Assembly: GCA_964016885.1 (NCBI GenBank) | Contig: OZ024743.1 | Coordinates: forward strand, 57,412,001 to 57,476,000 | Reading direction: 5' to 3' | DNA from: Eledone cirrhosa | Taxonomy: Eukaryota | DNA length: 64,000 nt | Shown: positions 29,614 to 43,333 of the stretch, piece after piece | How positions within the stretch are numbered: position 1 is the stretch's first letter | Layout: each line of letters begins with the position of its first letter | Program-made: the position numbers and the translations under genes | The notes under the pieces: generated by a model | The model's input: the letters and a program-made list of their open reading frames with translations, nothing else | The model's database searches: none | What the model was told of the DNA's origin: nothing

Positions 29614-30518
29614 ATTATGTTCCTAGTTCTATTTCTTTTATGGCTTTTGGAATTATTGTAATGCTTTCTATTATAGTTGTTAAGGTTGTGGCCATAATTA
29701 AAATAGTTGTTATTTTGTTTAATTTGTTTATCATTATCTATGTACATAATTTTATCACTATATCCTGCTCTAGCTAACGCTTCATTGTAATAATGGGCTT
29801 TTTCGTCGAAAATCTTTTTATTAGATGAGATTCTAGAGATACGTGATTGAACAGAGTTTACTATAGTATTTTTAACAGATTTGGGGTGGTTAGAGTTAAA
29901 GCTGACATAGTTTAAGTTTTCATTCAACTTGTGAAATGGATAGTGAAGACATGTGTTGAGATTTAATGTTATATCTAGGAAGTTGACTATTCTATGGTTA
30001 TTCTCAATTTCTATTTTTAGATTAAAGTGATTAAAAAATTGTGTAATTTGTTTTCTTTTTCTATTTAGTTCAGAGTTATTATTATCAATAAGTAAAAGCA
30101 TGTCATCTCTATATAAACCTCCGGTAGTACCAGGTATTTTCCTATGCAGCGAATTGATTAAAAATAAGCCCACAAGGTCAGTTACCTGAGCTGAGTCGGA
30201 TGATCCCATAGTAATGTCAAAATTGTTATCTCTATCTGCTCGGGTCCATAGTTGGTCATTAAATTCTATCAATGTTTTCCTAGCCGATAATATAATGTGC
30301 ATTTCATTGCTAGTTAGGTCTGTATGTTTGAATGCGTAATTTAGTGCCTTATTTAGTAGATTAGGGGTAATGGAAGAATAATAGTTAGCAATATCAAGTT
30401 GAATAAACTTATTATTATTGTTATATTTAATTTGCTTAAACCACTCAACAACCTCACCAGTTCCCTTCCACAAGCTCAGGTTAGGTAAACAACTCAAGTT
30501 TTTAATTTGCTGTATCAC
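29583..30518 (-). CDS. PLE reverse transcriptase (N-terminally truncated)
   Basis: FIQLDIANYYSSI, FDITMGSSDSAQVTDLVGL, GLYRDD, VNFLDITL, SNHP motifs. Confidence 0.9.
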   Translation of the reverse strand: MIQQIKNLSCLPNLSLWKGTGEVVEWFKQIKYNNNNKFIQLDIANYYSSITPNLLNKALNYAFKHTDLTSNEMHIILSARKTLIEFNDQLWTRADRDNNFDITMGSSDSAQVTDLVGLFLINSLHRKIPGTTGGLYRDDMLLLIDNNNSELNRKRKQITQFFNHFNLKIEIENNHRIVNFLDITLNLNTCLHYPFHKLNENLNYVSFNSNHPKSVKNTIVNSVQSRISRISSNKKIFDEKAHYYNEALARAGYSDKIMYIDNDKQIKQNNNYFNYGHNLNNYNRKHYNNSKSHKRNRTRNIIWFAPPPLSH

Positions 30519-31173
30519 CCTGTCAAGAATGTTTTTGCTAGTTTGTTTATAATTATGATATAAACATATGAATTTTTAAAAACTAGACATAAGATCATTA
30601 CTTTTCACACATTATAGATACATGTCTCATTCATGAATACTGGTATTTACATTATAATGCCTGTTTTATACGAACTAATATTTTCTACGGGATAAAACAT
30701 AGCGGTTTTAAATTCTGCATCGTTTATGTCTGGTTATGTTTCATTTTCTCCTTTTCATTTTCTCTTTTTTCTCTCTATATAACGGCTATTTTCTCTCTTA
30801 ACTACATACATCTCTCTTTACATTAATACTAGAGCTAAATAAATAAATAAATAAATAAATAAATGTATCAACCGATACTCAACTTCCTAGTTTCTCTATC
30901 TATCTCTATCTATCTCTTTCTTTTTTCCTCTCTCTATATATATTTCTCTCTGTTTCTTTACATGAAGTTCTTCTCTTTATCTATCTTTCTATATCTCTCT
31001 ATTTAGTCACATGCATTTCTTCTTTTTCTTTTTCTTCGTTTCTCTTTCTTTCTCTCTTTATCTCTTTCTTTTTACAACTGTCCACAATATTTTTTACTGC
31101 CAAATCAACCTCCCAAATGCAAGGTGATTGAAAGGTATGTCGTATCTATTTATTTATAAGACTGTTTATATTG

Positions 31174-31239
31174 TATTTTGTCTGAAGAAGGCATAACATA
31201 TTGTTAATATGATATCCCTGAAATATATATAACGAAATA
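31174..31239 (+). ncRNA. Type I hammerhead ribozyme
   Basis: TATTTTGT-CTGAAGA-AGG...CATATT/AATATG...CCT-GAAA-TATATA-TA-ACGAAATA: 8-bp stem I, intact core, palindromic stem III. Confidence 0.82.
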
Positions 31240-31428
31240 AATATGGTTTTATAAATATAGTTTCCATTTATTTAATATCATAAATATACTCCAAATACTT
31301 GTTGAGTGCTTTTATATCAGTTATAAATATTTACTCGTTGTTAACCCAACAATTTAAATATAACTTTCCATATATATATATATATTTATTAAAATAACAG
31401 ATTAAAATTTAAGCAAAGAATAATATAT

Positions 31429-31497
<69 letters not shown>

Positions 31498-31544
31498 CAT
31501 ATTTATACATATATTTATACATATATTGTGTGTGTGTGTGTGCT

Positions 31545-31576
<32 letters not shown>

Positions 31577-31600
31577 TGTATGTATGTATGTATGTATGTA

Positions 31601-32266
31601 CGAGTTTTGGGGACAAAATAAGCGTAGTGATGTTTAATTTAAATATATATTAAACGTAGATTAATTGAAAGTTGTGTGTGAGCAGGCGCGTTATCGTAGT
31701 GCAGTACCCACTAACCTGCAATGTCCATTTGGATACACTGAACACATTTTTGAAGTCATTCCAAGGCATCCTTGTAGAAGGTGCGATTAACTGTCTGTCT
31801 AGGTGCTAAAAATTACGGCTACGGAAAAAAAAAAAAAAAAATTTTAATCTCCGTTTTCACTCTGTATCTGCCCATGCACGCTTTCTTCGAACGAGGAGAA
31901 ATTTTCGTGTGCCACTCTTTAGCTTGCTGTTTTGTCTCTGCATCATTGCGAACACCAATGATTCAACTCCTGTTATTACTTTATTCAAGAAATTTGGCTC
32001 AATTTCGACTTTTTCTAGCAAATTACGACAATTTTCCAACCGGTTCGATTTTTGGATCCACAATTGCTTGGGTGTTTTGCGCCAGTCTTTTGCATGTACA
32101 AATGGTCTGTTAAAATTCTGCGAACAGCATTTTTATCCAAGGTCATTTCTTCTGCATTCCCCCTAGAACTTCTAGCCCTCACTGCTTGCATCACATCCAC
32201 ATTTGTTGTTCGATATTTCCCTAAATTTCGAACGTAACAGAATGTTATAAACACATCTGTACACAA
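31601..32266 (-). pseudogene. Degraded mariner-family transposase / element
   Basis: AEEMTLDKNAVRRILTDHLYMQK, then EPNFLNKVITG(V)ES and, in a shifted frame, AETKQQAKEWHTKISPRSKKA; left end ta|cgag resembles a mariner TIR after a TA target. Confidence 0.8.
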
Positions 32267-32461
32267 ACAACAATAACTCCTACTATATCAAGCATAAAAC
32301 TAATAATGTATTTCTTTATTGTATTGTGTCGTTTAGTTTATTATTTCTGTTTACCTTTTGCATATATATATATATGTATGTGTGTATGTGTGTGTTTATA
32401 TGTATACACATACAATTTGTCTTTCGGTTCCCATTCGGCGCACTTGTGGTAAATAAATGAT

Positions 32462-32490
32462 ATCACCATCACCACCACCATCACCACCAC

Positions 32491-32580
<90 letters not shown>
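32462..32580. repeat. (CAC)n(CAT)n microsatellite
   Basis: Directly visible. Confidence 0.95.
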
Positions 32581-33149
32581 TCCATGTGGTCTATTTAGAA
32601 TTTTCACCGTGAAACCGTTCGAAATTAGATTTATGTCTTTCGATATTACTTTTATAGTAGCTATTGAAATTAATAAAAAAAATACTGAAACAGAAAATAA
32701 TAAACAATGATTAGAACGAGTACGAAACGTCATCCCTTTATAATCTTTAAAAATATGTTTTTCTTTTACTAAACATATATACACACATGCGTATAAATCT
32801 TTATTAGTAATGTATTACGATTCTTATTTTTATTCCCACATGGTTTTCTGGTTGTAAAGAAACGTTTAAATTCACACACACACCCATACACACTCTCTCA
32901 CATGAAAGCGTGCACACACATGTATATATGTGTATGAGAAAGCAATACATCTGTGCATCTATCTATCTCTCTGTCTATCTATCTATCTATCTATCTATCT
33001 GTCTATCTGTCTATCTCTTTATCTCTTTCTCTGACTACCCCCCCCCCCCCCCTTCTCTCACCCACACAGTGTATATATATGGATTTCTTGCTTTCTACGA
33101 ACGTTTAAATTTACATTCCTTTGCGTGGTTTGGATGAGGATTTCAACTT

Positions 33150-33630
33150 CCTTGCTGGTAGACCTCGAGGATATTTGTGTTTTCCTCAATGCCTACCGTG
33201 ACTGCTGTTATTAGGAATGGCTATTTCAGGCAGCACCTGTTGCACACGGATCCTTACTAGCCTCTAGTAAGGGTCTAGCAGGATCTAGTTACTCTGTAAA
33301 GATTTCAGGGAGTGAGGTTTTGCTTCTTCTTCCGTTGCAAATCTCACCTTCACTCTATCCAAAACCCTGTCCCTTTGTGTGAAAGATGTTTTGGTTCCAT
33401 ACGGAATTTAAAGCTTCTGTAGTTGAGTCTCTGTTGTTCTTTCCACCTTCCTAGTTTTTAATCCAATAATACAACACGTTACGGTCCAATATATCGTATT
33501 TTGGATAGTTTCGTTAGGGGCGTTGAGGTTGACAGTGTGGCCGTCTCTTTCCAACAACTCTCTTGCTTGTTTTACTTCTTCAGAGAACGTGATTTTCGAA
33601 AAAACAACGTTTTCATGACACTAGCGAAAG
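33150..33630 (-). pseudogene. Possible old remnant of Tx1-like ORF1
   Basis: Fragments QARELLERDGHTVNLNAP and RLVRIRVQQVLPEIA resemble AR...INSP and RRTQRVKVKTMLP in the ORF1s at 45718-58490. Confidence 0.4.
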
Positions 33631-33899
33631 ATTTGATAGTGCTGACATTATTTGCTGATTTGCTGGTTGACTTGTTGTAGTTGCTCTTGTTATTGTTGTT
33701 GTCATTGCTTTCATTGTTATTGTTTTTTTTTAGATTTTATCGCAGTTGGTATTTTTGCCGCTGTTATCCTTGTTATTCTTGCTGGACGTGTTTCCAATAT
33801 TATTACAGCAAAATACAAATTTAAACAACTTAATTCAACAAACCTATTGGAGCTCACAACCGCACGTCTTCACCAATACACTAATAATAATAATAATAA

Positions 33900-34107
33900 T
33901 GATTTCTACTTTAGGCACAAGGCCAGCGATTTTGGGGAATGGGAAAGTTGATTAAATCGATCCTAGTTCGTTACTGGTACTTTATTTTATCGACCCTATA
34001 AGTATGAAAGGCAAAGCTAACCCCGGCGGGATTTGAACTTAGAACGCTGAAGAGCCGTAACTATATGCCATAAAGCATTTAATCCGACGCTCTACCGATA
34101 CTGCCAA
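33900..34107 (-). mobile_element. tRNA-derived SINE
   Basis: Same family as 12985-13163; (TAA)n at 33882-33900 is the tail; minus head tggcagtatcggtagagcgtcgg...gttcaaatcc. Confidence 0.75.
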
Positions 34108-34288
34108 TTTTTTTTATAAATAACAATTATATATATATTGTTATACTTCGGGAGGGTCATGTTGCCAATAAGAAACACACGCACCAGTTGCTTTCACTTC
34201 AATTTATTATAATAAATTTATAAATTTAGGAATTTATAAATTTCCGGTTGGTTGGTTGGTTCCACAACCAGATGGTTGTTTATATATT

Positions 34289-34331
34289 GTCAAAGTTCTT
34301 TCGTCACACATTATGTGACCTCTTCAGTGAC
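34289..34331 (-). ncRNA. Minimal type I hammerhead-like motif
   Basis: GTCA-CTGAAGA-G-GTCACA-TAATG-TGTGAC-GAAA-GAAC-TT-TGAC: 4-bp stem I, 6-bp stem II, very weak stem III. Confidence 0.65.
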
Positions 34332-34693
34332 TGGGGATTCTTTTCTTTGTTTTTGTGCCTCTCCTTTGTTCTGTCCTACGCCATTTTGTTTCTGTGTGTG
34401 TGTTGTGTGCTCAGTCTGCGCATGCGCCACATCCGGGTGTCTGTGTGTGTTTATATTCGTTTATTTATTTGTTTATTTACATGTTACAGGTTGGTTGTTT
34501 GTTCTATGTGCGTGTGTGTTTTCATTTTGTCCTTAATTGTAAGTTGTGATGTTGCTGTTCCACTCATGTTTTCTATTTAATTTTGGTTGTAATTCTTTTA
34601 TGTTTATTGCCTCTGTGATTTGTCTAAACATTGCGTCTTTTCTGTGTGTAGATTCTATTTTTTTTTATATGTTCTCTAATTTACCCTTATGTT

Positions 34694-35965
34694 CTATTTT
34701 AGCATGTTGGTAGAGTACAGATGATTCTTTACTATCTTGAAGGTCTCGCCAGTGTTCATTTTCCGTTCCCCTACACTACGAGCTGTCTCACCTATGTACA
34801 CTATATTTTTGTCTCTACATTGTCCTTCAGTACATCTCATGCTATATACTACATTTCTAGTTTTACAGTTAATATGGGGGCTTAATTTACAGGTTATGCA
34901 TTTCTTATCTATACAGGGAGGTCTTTGAAAAGGGTATGTCTTGCTAATAAGTGTTTTTGCGGAGGTACCTGGTCTTTCTACTATCTTAATATTGAGTTTA
35001 TGTTTATCTAGGGCCCTCCTAAATTTGTAAGCTAATTCACCTCTAGGGGTTGTATCGATGAACATTACACTCTGGTATTTATTGCTATCATACCATGAGT
35101 TTATTCTATTAGCCTTATTCCTAGTTCTTTCTATTCTATTCCAAAATTTGCTCCTATACAAGGGGCAGGTCCCATTTGTGTCATTATTTACCATTTTTTC
35201 CCATTTGGTTCTGGCTCCTCTATACACTCTGATTCTATCTCTCTGATTGTAACCAGAGAACTGCATACGGTGGATTAAGTGTTGTATGTGTCTCTCTAGT
35301 TCTTCGGGGTTGCACATGCGGGACACGTTTCTCATCACCCGTACCAAATCCGCAATCAGTATGTTGATTTTGGTATGGTCCGAAACAGCTGAGTTTCGGT
35401 GGATCAGATATTTGGAAGTCATGGGTTTGGCATAATGGTAATGGAGGATTTGTTTTTTGTTATTAATGGTATCTAACCAGATCTCTGTGTCTAGTACAGG
35501 TAATCGATGGTTGGGGTGTTTACTTGGGTAGTCTATAGTAACTCTAATACTCTGGTGGATGGAGTTAGCTATTTGCTGGATGCTTTCCATTGTGTTTTTC
35601 TCTAATTCCTGACTGTTCTCTAGTGGGGGTGTTTTAACTACGATGTTTATATCATCAACGTAACGGGAGTACATTATCAGGGTTAAGGGGTCTTCTAATT
35701 GTTCTTTAAGTTTAAGTTTAAGTCTACTGTCCCACCATACCATGAATAAGTTAGCTATGTCGCCTGCAATGCTAACACCAATGGCTGCTCCTTCCTCTTG
35801 GGCATATGTTTTTTCATTAAATTTGAACATATGTTCCTTAAGGGTTAATTTTATGCTGGCCCCCACCGCATGTGCAATCATTTTCTTTAGTTCATCGTGG
35901 TTTTCGGGTGTCCGTATGGCTCTGGTCCACCCGTTCCATCTATCTGTGTGGGTTTTCTTGGCCAT
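34694..35965 (-). CDS. PLE RT + Cys-rich linker + GIY-YIG (frameshifted near the C-terminus)
   Basis: QEEGAAIG, ANLFM, YSRYVDDI, LPVLD, YAKP, CIDKKCITC, CKTRNVVY, YIGETARS; continues EHWRDL...MFRQITEA...LNRKHEW in another frame to ~34535. Confidence 0.9.
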   Translation of the reverse strand: MAKKTHTDRWNGWTRAIRTPENHDELKKMIAHAVGASIKLTLKEHMFKFNEKTYAQEEGAAIGVSIAGDIANLFMVWWDSRLKLKLKEQLEDPLTLIMYSRYVDDINIVVKTPPLENSQELEKNTMESIQQIANSIHQSIRVTIDYPSKHPNHRLPVLDTEIWLDTINNKKQILHYHYAKPMTSKYLIHRNSAVSDHTKINILIADLVRVMRNVSRMCNPEELERHIQHLIHRMQFSGYNQRDRIRVYRGARTKWEKMVNNDTNGTCPLYRSKFWNRIERTRNKANRINSWYDSNKYQSVMFIDTTPRGELAYKFRRALDKHKLNIKIVERPGTSAKTLISKTYPFQRPPCIDKKCITCKLSPHINCKTRNVVYSMRCTEGQCRDKNIVYIGETARSVGERKMNTGETFKIVKNHLYSTNMLK

Positions 35966-37687
35966 TGAGGTAATGGTAGGTGGTCTGCCTCTTGTCGGTC
36001 TTGTAGGGCACAGGTTGCTAAGATCATAGCTTCTTCATATATCAACTAAATGTCTCTACCTACATACCTTGTTAATTCTCCTCTGTAATGTTGAATAACT
36101 TAATTAGCATGGCTGTGACACGATCACTACTTAACATACCCACAGCGCGACATATGTATATTTATTATTCATAAATATATATATGCTTTCATTTACGCCT
36201 CTATTAAGACCGAGAACATACGATGCTAGATGTCAAATGACAAAAGAAGGGGTGAGAAATGTTGTGAGGTAAAATTCTATATCTTTAGCTGGACGATATA
36301 TCTCAGATGTACACTGTAGACATTATGGCGAACATATTTCTTCAGAAAAAACCAACGATATCTACTGTAACAGTCATTCCAGCTCACGAGCTTCTTCCTC
36401 AGGTGTGACGCCCTCCTCCCAATATGGTGGTCAGTCCGGGGAGCAAGGACAAATGACAAAAAGAAAGAAAAACAAAACAATAGAAAAAGAAAACACTCCT
36501 GAGTAAACTAGTGGAATGCTCAGTCACTTGCACGTTAATTTCCCGTGCAGATCGAACCATTTTCGAACTCGGGAAATTATCTTGCAAGTGGCTGAGCAGC
36601 ATTGCGCAGCCAAGTGTTCTGACGGAGCATCAGCGTAACCCAATGTGTGACAAGGCTTGCATTTTGAATCACATGTACAACACTTTTATTTCAGCTGAGT
36701 GGGCTTGGAGCTACGTGAAATGTAATGTTTTGCTCAAGTCCCACGTGCCGTCGGGAATCGAACTCACGAACATACCACTATGAGCCCAACAACCTATGCA
36801 CTTAGTCACGCACATGTTATAAAGAATCGATCGACAAGATCCCAGACCTCACAATGGAAACAATGTTTCCATTGATCTTTCCATTGCTGATACTATCTAC
36901 TGGTCGACATTCTTCGTAGAAAGAGCAATGGAAAATAAAGTAGCTTGGTCAAGGGCATAACACATCGTTTAGTCCAGAAATCAAACTTGCAACCTCACGA
37001 TTGGGAATTCAGTTCTCTAACCATTAAGTCACGCGTCGTTACAATAAAGGGATGTAAATAGTTTGTAAATTGCTCAACATAGAGTTAGATTCTCAGAAAC
37101 ATTAACTGTTCCATAATAAGATTCGTATGAACTCGAAAGAGTGCATCTCGATAAATTATGATAAAAAAATGCTCGATGAGTAATTATGTCATATAAATTC
37201 GGGCATGCAACATTATCCCTAAACACACACACACACAGACACAAATATATTCATAAAATTGTAAGAATCTCAAACCCGGAAATAGATGTAAAACAGCCAG
37301 ATGCTATTATAAATGGCAAAGGGGTCGAGTTAAAATATGAACCGAAAGACGTCAGAACGGTTAAAGAATAATATATATATATATATTTAAAGTATTTATA
37401 AAAATCTATAACAAAATTATAGAAACAGACATACATATATTCATATTAATATATGTGTGTGAGTTTATGCCTTCATAAACGAGTATCAAAATAAAAATAT
37501 ATATGTATTCATCAAATGAATGGTAAGTGTGTATATATATATAAAGCATATATATATATATATTAAAATAACAGATTAAAGTTTAAGCAAAGAATCACTG
37601 CTTTCACCCTTAACGGGATCTTCTGAAACTAATCGAGCCCTCTTCGGATTTTAGTCTTCACATTTATTATTATTACTATATATATAT

Positions 37688-37886
37688 AGGTCCCTAGTTA
37701 AATCAGGGCTAACCACAGTAAATAAGGTACTCAATACATAGGTAGAGTGTAAACATCAACATTTAATATAGAAATGGGTTATGCAGGACCAGAACAGTTT
37801 CATTCGTACGAAATCATCAGGAATGCCCTGATGATATCATACGAAACAGTTCTAGTCCTGTAGAAGCCATTTCTCCATTAAATATT
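37688..37886. mobile_element. Fold-back hammerhead mini-element
   Basis: Same tail (aaccacagtaaataaggtactcaatacata) and a palindrome centred on tcatcagg-aatgc-cctgatga; in TA-rich repeats. Confidence 0.75.
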
Positions 37887-38400
37887 GATTATATACATAC
37901 ATATATATATATATATATATACACATTCATATATATATACATACTCACACACACATACACACACACACGCACAAACACATACACACTGATATGTATATGA
38001 GTGGGTGTGAATGTGTATTTATCTAACTTTTATTTTTGTATTATTTTTTATATGAAAGCAACACTTTCTACGATGGTAAATCAACTGTTCTTCACGAATT
38101 TCTTCGGGCAAATCATAATAAACGCCATCTTTAAGGTTGGTTTTCCTTTATATTTTTCTTATGTATTTTATCGTTGCTGCACCACACAAAAATATATTCA
38201 AATCTCCACTTCTCTAATCTTCAGGAGAACAAGATTGTTGTTAAATATGGCAAAAGAAGTGTATGTGTATCTTTCAGTGTCTGTGTGTGTCAGAGTTTGT
38301 TTCCGTGTGTACATGTCAGTGTGTGTGCGTGTGTGGGTGTGTGTGTATGTGTGTGTTTGTGTGTGTATGTGTGTGTTTGTGTGTGTTTGTGTGTGTTTGT

Positions 38401-38457
<57 letters not shown>

Positions 38458-38776
38458 TGTGTGTGTGTGCATGCATGTGTGTGCGTGTGTGTATCAGTGT
38501 CTGTAAGGGGAAACCTACTGCAAGAATATTCGAGAAAATAATAAAAGGGTTGGAAGAAAGAAAATAGAATGTTATAGAAAAATATATATTTCACGTGGTT
38601 AATGTAGGGGAACATTTTCTTATGAGTGCACATATAGTTACTAGGTATAGAAACAGACAGACACACATACACACAGACACACAGACACACAGACACATAC
38701 ACACATACACAACACACATATACATATAAATATATATATATATATACATACAAGTATATATATATTTATATGCAAG

Positions 38777-38808
<32 letters not shown>

Positions 38809-38810
38809 GG

Positions 38811-38952
<142 letters not shown>

Positions 38953-39469
38953 ATATATATAAATAGTGATTTCCTTCACGATCCAACTTTTCTTCGTTTT
39001 ACACTCCATCTTTCTTATCCTCTGTATCATCTTTCCCTTTCTCTGTATCATCGTTCTAAGGAAAGACTAGCGATAGAAACGATGACAACTTTCAAAATGT
39101 TTTGTAAGCGTTATACAAATATATTATTACTATATTATGTTGTTTTCTATGACTGTTTGTTTCAGGTTTTTAACTGTTTTTAACTTATCGTATCTCATAT
39201 ATATATATATATATATATATATCTTCTAATTGGTATTGGAATTTGTGATTTGTTGTTATCTCTCAGCAAGGTTATTTGTTGAAGAATAGCTTATAAAAAT
39301 AGGGCGAAGACCCTTAGAGAGGGAAACAACTGACTGTACCCACATCTATAAATGTATTCCTTCAGCGTTTCATAATTTTGAAAGTTCGCGCTTCTCACGC
39401 GATGTTTGATTATTTTCTCAAAAGCTGTTTGACTCAGCTCCTTAATTCAGATGACAAAATGCTGTCAGA

Positions 39470-39542
39470 GGTCCCTTAGCTCAATGGCTAGAGCATTCAG
39501 CCAGTATCTGGGAGATACAAGGTTCGATCCCTCATAGCTGCC
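39470..39542 (+). pseudogene. tRNA-like sequence (SINE head or tRNA pseudogene)
   Basis: A box TAGCTCAATGG and B box GGTTCGATCC at tRNA spacing; acceptor and T stems do not pair well. Confidence 0.5.
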
Positions 39543-39671
39543 GCTGACAATTTCTTCTCTCGACTCTAAGATTCTTTACCCTATTTTATTAGCTTATTTT
39601 AAAGCCACTCACTGTACTTGCAGTTATTTTCTGCGTTTGAGCATTCTACATCTCCCTCTCTCTCTGCCTCT

Positions 39672-39728
<57 letters not shown>

Positions 39729-40061
39729 GATACATAGTATACGATATATGTGTTTTATTTTCATTGCTTGAATAACCGACCGCGTGCATATATGCTTACA
39801 AAATGTGTGTATATATTGCGAATCTACGTGTTTGCATATATATATGTATTCATTATGTGAATCTATGTGTTTGCATGCATTTGGAGGCACACTTAAATTC
39901 TTTACAATCACCTCCTTTATATTTCTCGAAATTCTTGTTCTCTAAATGGATTTATCTTAAGGAAATGCTTCATGGTCTGTTGGCAATATATTTCCTTCAA
40001 TTAAGGAGATACTTTAGCAATATTTCATCAGAATTTCTCTCACAATCTCGCGAGGAATCCT

Positions 40062-40710
40062 TTTAATTTCCTCTCAAAATATCTGTTTTACCATACAATA
40101 ACTCATGTTGTTTACCTCTCAAAATATCTGTTTTGCTTTACTCATATTGTTTTAATAACTCATATTGTTTTCCTCTCAAAATATCTGTTTTAAAATACAA
40201 TAACTCATGTTATTTTCCTCTCAAAATAAGTGTTTGCTTTACAAAAACTCATGTTTTCCTCTCAAAATAACTGTTTTGTTTTGTTTTTAAATGTTTTACC
40301 CTACAATATATCATATTGTTTTATTCCACTATAACATCTCATATTTTTACCTCCATATGATTTTTACCTGTATATATTTCACGTTTTTATTCACCTCTCA
40401 TTTTCCATAATTGTATTAGCTAATAACATCCCATAACTCTTTTTACCTGCAATATCCCTTTGTTCTATTTACCTGTAATATCTCATAATTTTATTTACTC
40501 GTGATATGCCATAATTTTATTCGCCTGTTATATCCAATAACTTTATTCACCAATGATATCCCATAATTCTATTCGCCTGTAATATTCCATAATTTTGTTT
40601 ACCAGTGATATCCTCATAACTTTATTCGCTTGTAGATTACCATAACTCTATTTACATGCAGTATCCCACAATTCCATTTACATATGATAGCCCCATAATT
40701 CTATTTCAAC
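40062..40710. repeat. Two degenerate minisatellites (~46-bp and ~26-bp units)
   Basis: cctctcaaaatatctgtttt recurs at 40070-40280; acctgtaatatcccataattttattc-like units at 40300-40710. Confidence 0.75.
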
Positions 40711-42889
40711 GGAAAGCAGCTTGGCTAAATAGGTACAAAGTTCTCTACGCAATCATCATGTCCTGGGTTCGATTCCACTGCGTGGTATCATGGGCAGGTG
40801 TAATTTTCCATAGCTTTGGTTCGTTTCAAGCCTTGTGAGTAAACTTGGGTAGTCGGAAACAGTTTAGAATCCTGTGTGGTGATTGCAGGCCATCTTTGTC
40901 ACACACTGTGTTACGCTGAATCTCAATGGCCATTACGTTAAAAGTATACGTGCTCGTCGAATGCTTAGCCACATTTTATTTCAGCAACAAGCTGTTCTGT
41001 TGATCGAACAACCGGATGAGCAATGGTTCTGTATATTAGTTTTAAAACACATAATGACACAAGATGTAAGTAAACAGAAATAGAATGCGTATCATTTATA
41101 GATACACATTCAATAGAGTGCCAGGTCCTATTTAAAAAATTACTGTCTATTTCTAACACTTACAACCACTGCGCTTTTAAAAAACTGATCTGTATTTAAA
41201 CACACTGAAACAAAATAGATAACATATACAGTAGAAAATATTTCCACCGCATATTTTATCTATCTTGTTTAAAAAATTCCGATCACTTATTTTATTCACA
41301 CATCACCCAGTAATTGTTCAACCTCAGCATGTGATCGCCTCGAAGCAGTGAATTGTCATAACGATTCGCCAGATAGGAAAAGCTTCGCTATATTTTCAAT
41401 ATTGTCCACATCAGATGTTATCGCAGGCACTGACGCTTATGTTAATCAATATTATTTGAACAGCAATCTGTCTACATGAAGCTAAATTTAGACCTTGAAG
41501 TTTGGATCAACGAATATTTGCTGAAAGTATTTCTTTCTTATCGAAGAAGAATCGAAATATATTTGCTTATATTACTTATATTCATAATCAGTATGGCGGA
41601 AACCAACCATATGTTACTTATTATTAACCATTTATCAATAACCAACTTTCTAACTGAACTGTTTTTTTCTTTAACAATTTATGTCTGGTGTGATAGAGAG
41701 ATAATAGCCACACTGTTCAAACTATTTAAGTGTCACAGTTCTAGATAAAGAATTAGATTATATAACTACAACTGATATTTGCTAGATTCTAGACTGCAGA
41801 TTATCTTCACAGTCTTGGTTACTTTAACATTCTCCCCTCTCTGTATTAAAAAACAAATTATAAGAGAGTCGGATTAAATACCTTAGTATTTATTCTAACT
41901 CACTCTGCTTTGAATTGAAATTCTACCGAGGTCAACTTTGCGTGTTGTCCTTTTGATGTCGATGAATAAAGTGTCAGTGTTAGGTTAATTCTTTTTTCTT
42001 ATTTCTCTCTATCCCCGAAAGAAATTTTCTGTGTTCAGATCCGGAAAGGACAAATGCATAGAGGTATTTGTTATGACTCCCTGCGCTCTGATTTCAAATC
42101 CCACCTAGATCATTGAAGGTCGATAAAATCAGTATTATACAAAGGCGTTAGATTGGCGTAATTACTTCAGTGCCGGATGAGATTCCTTGCGCCACCTCTC
42201 CCTGTTCTTTGCGTATTGAGTTCAAATCCTACTTTAGATTGCGGTCTATCTGGTCATTTAAAGTTCAGCATGAGCTTTACCTGACCATTTACAATTCAGC
42301 ATGTGGTTATAAAGACAGTAGAGCAACATGAGCAACATTCAGGTTAATAAAACAAGGTAGTGTTATTAATACTATCAATAGACACAAATCTACAACATCA
42401 GCTGAGGTAATTAAATAGCGCAGGTTACGGATACTACGGTAGACCTCACACTAAAGTAGAGGAGCCGATCGTCAGATCGTACAGAAGAAGCAATAATTCA
42501 ATTGGTCTTTCCATTGCTGATAATATCTGTCGGGTGCAATTCATGGAAGGAGGAGTAATGTGAAATAAAGTATTTCACTCAAGAACTCATCACACCATCC
42601 GGTCCAAGAGTCAAGCCATATTACCGCGAGTCCAACATACTAAACGTTAGGACACGCGCCTTCACAAGCAACACCAAATTGAGTTTATACATTGATAGTC
42701 ACGTGATCATAAGATGAAAGTAAACATGGTGGAGAAGGAAATTATAAGGATTTTCTTTTGAGAGAGTTATACAGAATGCTTTACATTTCTACTGAGATCA
42801 ATAATTTGAGATATAACAAAATTTCATACTTTACAATATATTGTTCCCTCATCTTCCTCATGTCGTATGACATATGCACAATATTATGG

Positions 42890-43263
42890 ATTGCCTCATG
42901 GGTCGCTGGGTAAACGTCTGAGGGGACAATTCCGAATATCATGCGGTACTGTCTGATCAGAGTCCCCAGAGCTACACGAGGCGCTGTCTTTCATTTTCCA
43001 TCGATGGAGATGAGGGTCTGTCTTGGCAAGTGTTGTGCGGATCCGGTTAAGGGACACCCATTGCTTTCTGGGAAGGTCAAAGCCGACTGGTTTAGATGTG
43101 GGTCCTGGACGACGTATTGGTTGGTAAATTTAGACTCATTCCATGATCTTCGAAACTCTTCCTTCAGATCAAAGTTATTGTCCTGAAGTGGGAGATGATA
43201 ACCTTCACATGGTCGGAGCCCAATCCTCACCAAGTCTGAATACAGCAGATTTCTTCCAGAGAA

Positions 43264-43268
<5 letters not shown>
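42890..43268 (-). pseudogene. 3' remnant of an Ingi/Vingi-like LINE
   Basis: Minus translation LPRKQWVSLNRIRTTLAKTDPHLHRWKMKDSASCSSGDSDQTVPHDIRNCPLR; shares cagcagatttcttcc.gagaaggatat with a second fragment at ~13330-13545. Confidence 0.6.

Positions 43269-43330
<62 letters not shown>

Positions 43331-43333
<3 letters not shown>

Larger units (their letters stand above)
34141..36018 (-). mobile_element. 5'-truncated Penelope-like element of a second lineage (Neptune-like)
   Basis: RT-linker-GIY-YIG ORF, 3' UTR with minimal hammerhead; terminus ttatacttcgggagggtcat also found at ~21372. Confidence 0.85.

Noticed and set aside
37590-37655. Degenerate hammerhead on the minus strand (CAGAAGA-T-CCC-GTTAA-GGG-T-GAAA)
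   Set aside because: Core mutated and stems I/III not convincing.
39470-39542. Functional tRNA gene
   Set aside because: A and B boxes present, but the cloverleaf stems do not pair; kept only as a SINE head or pseudogene.
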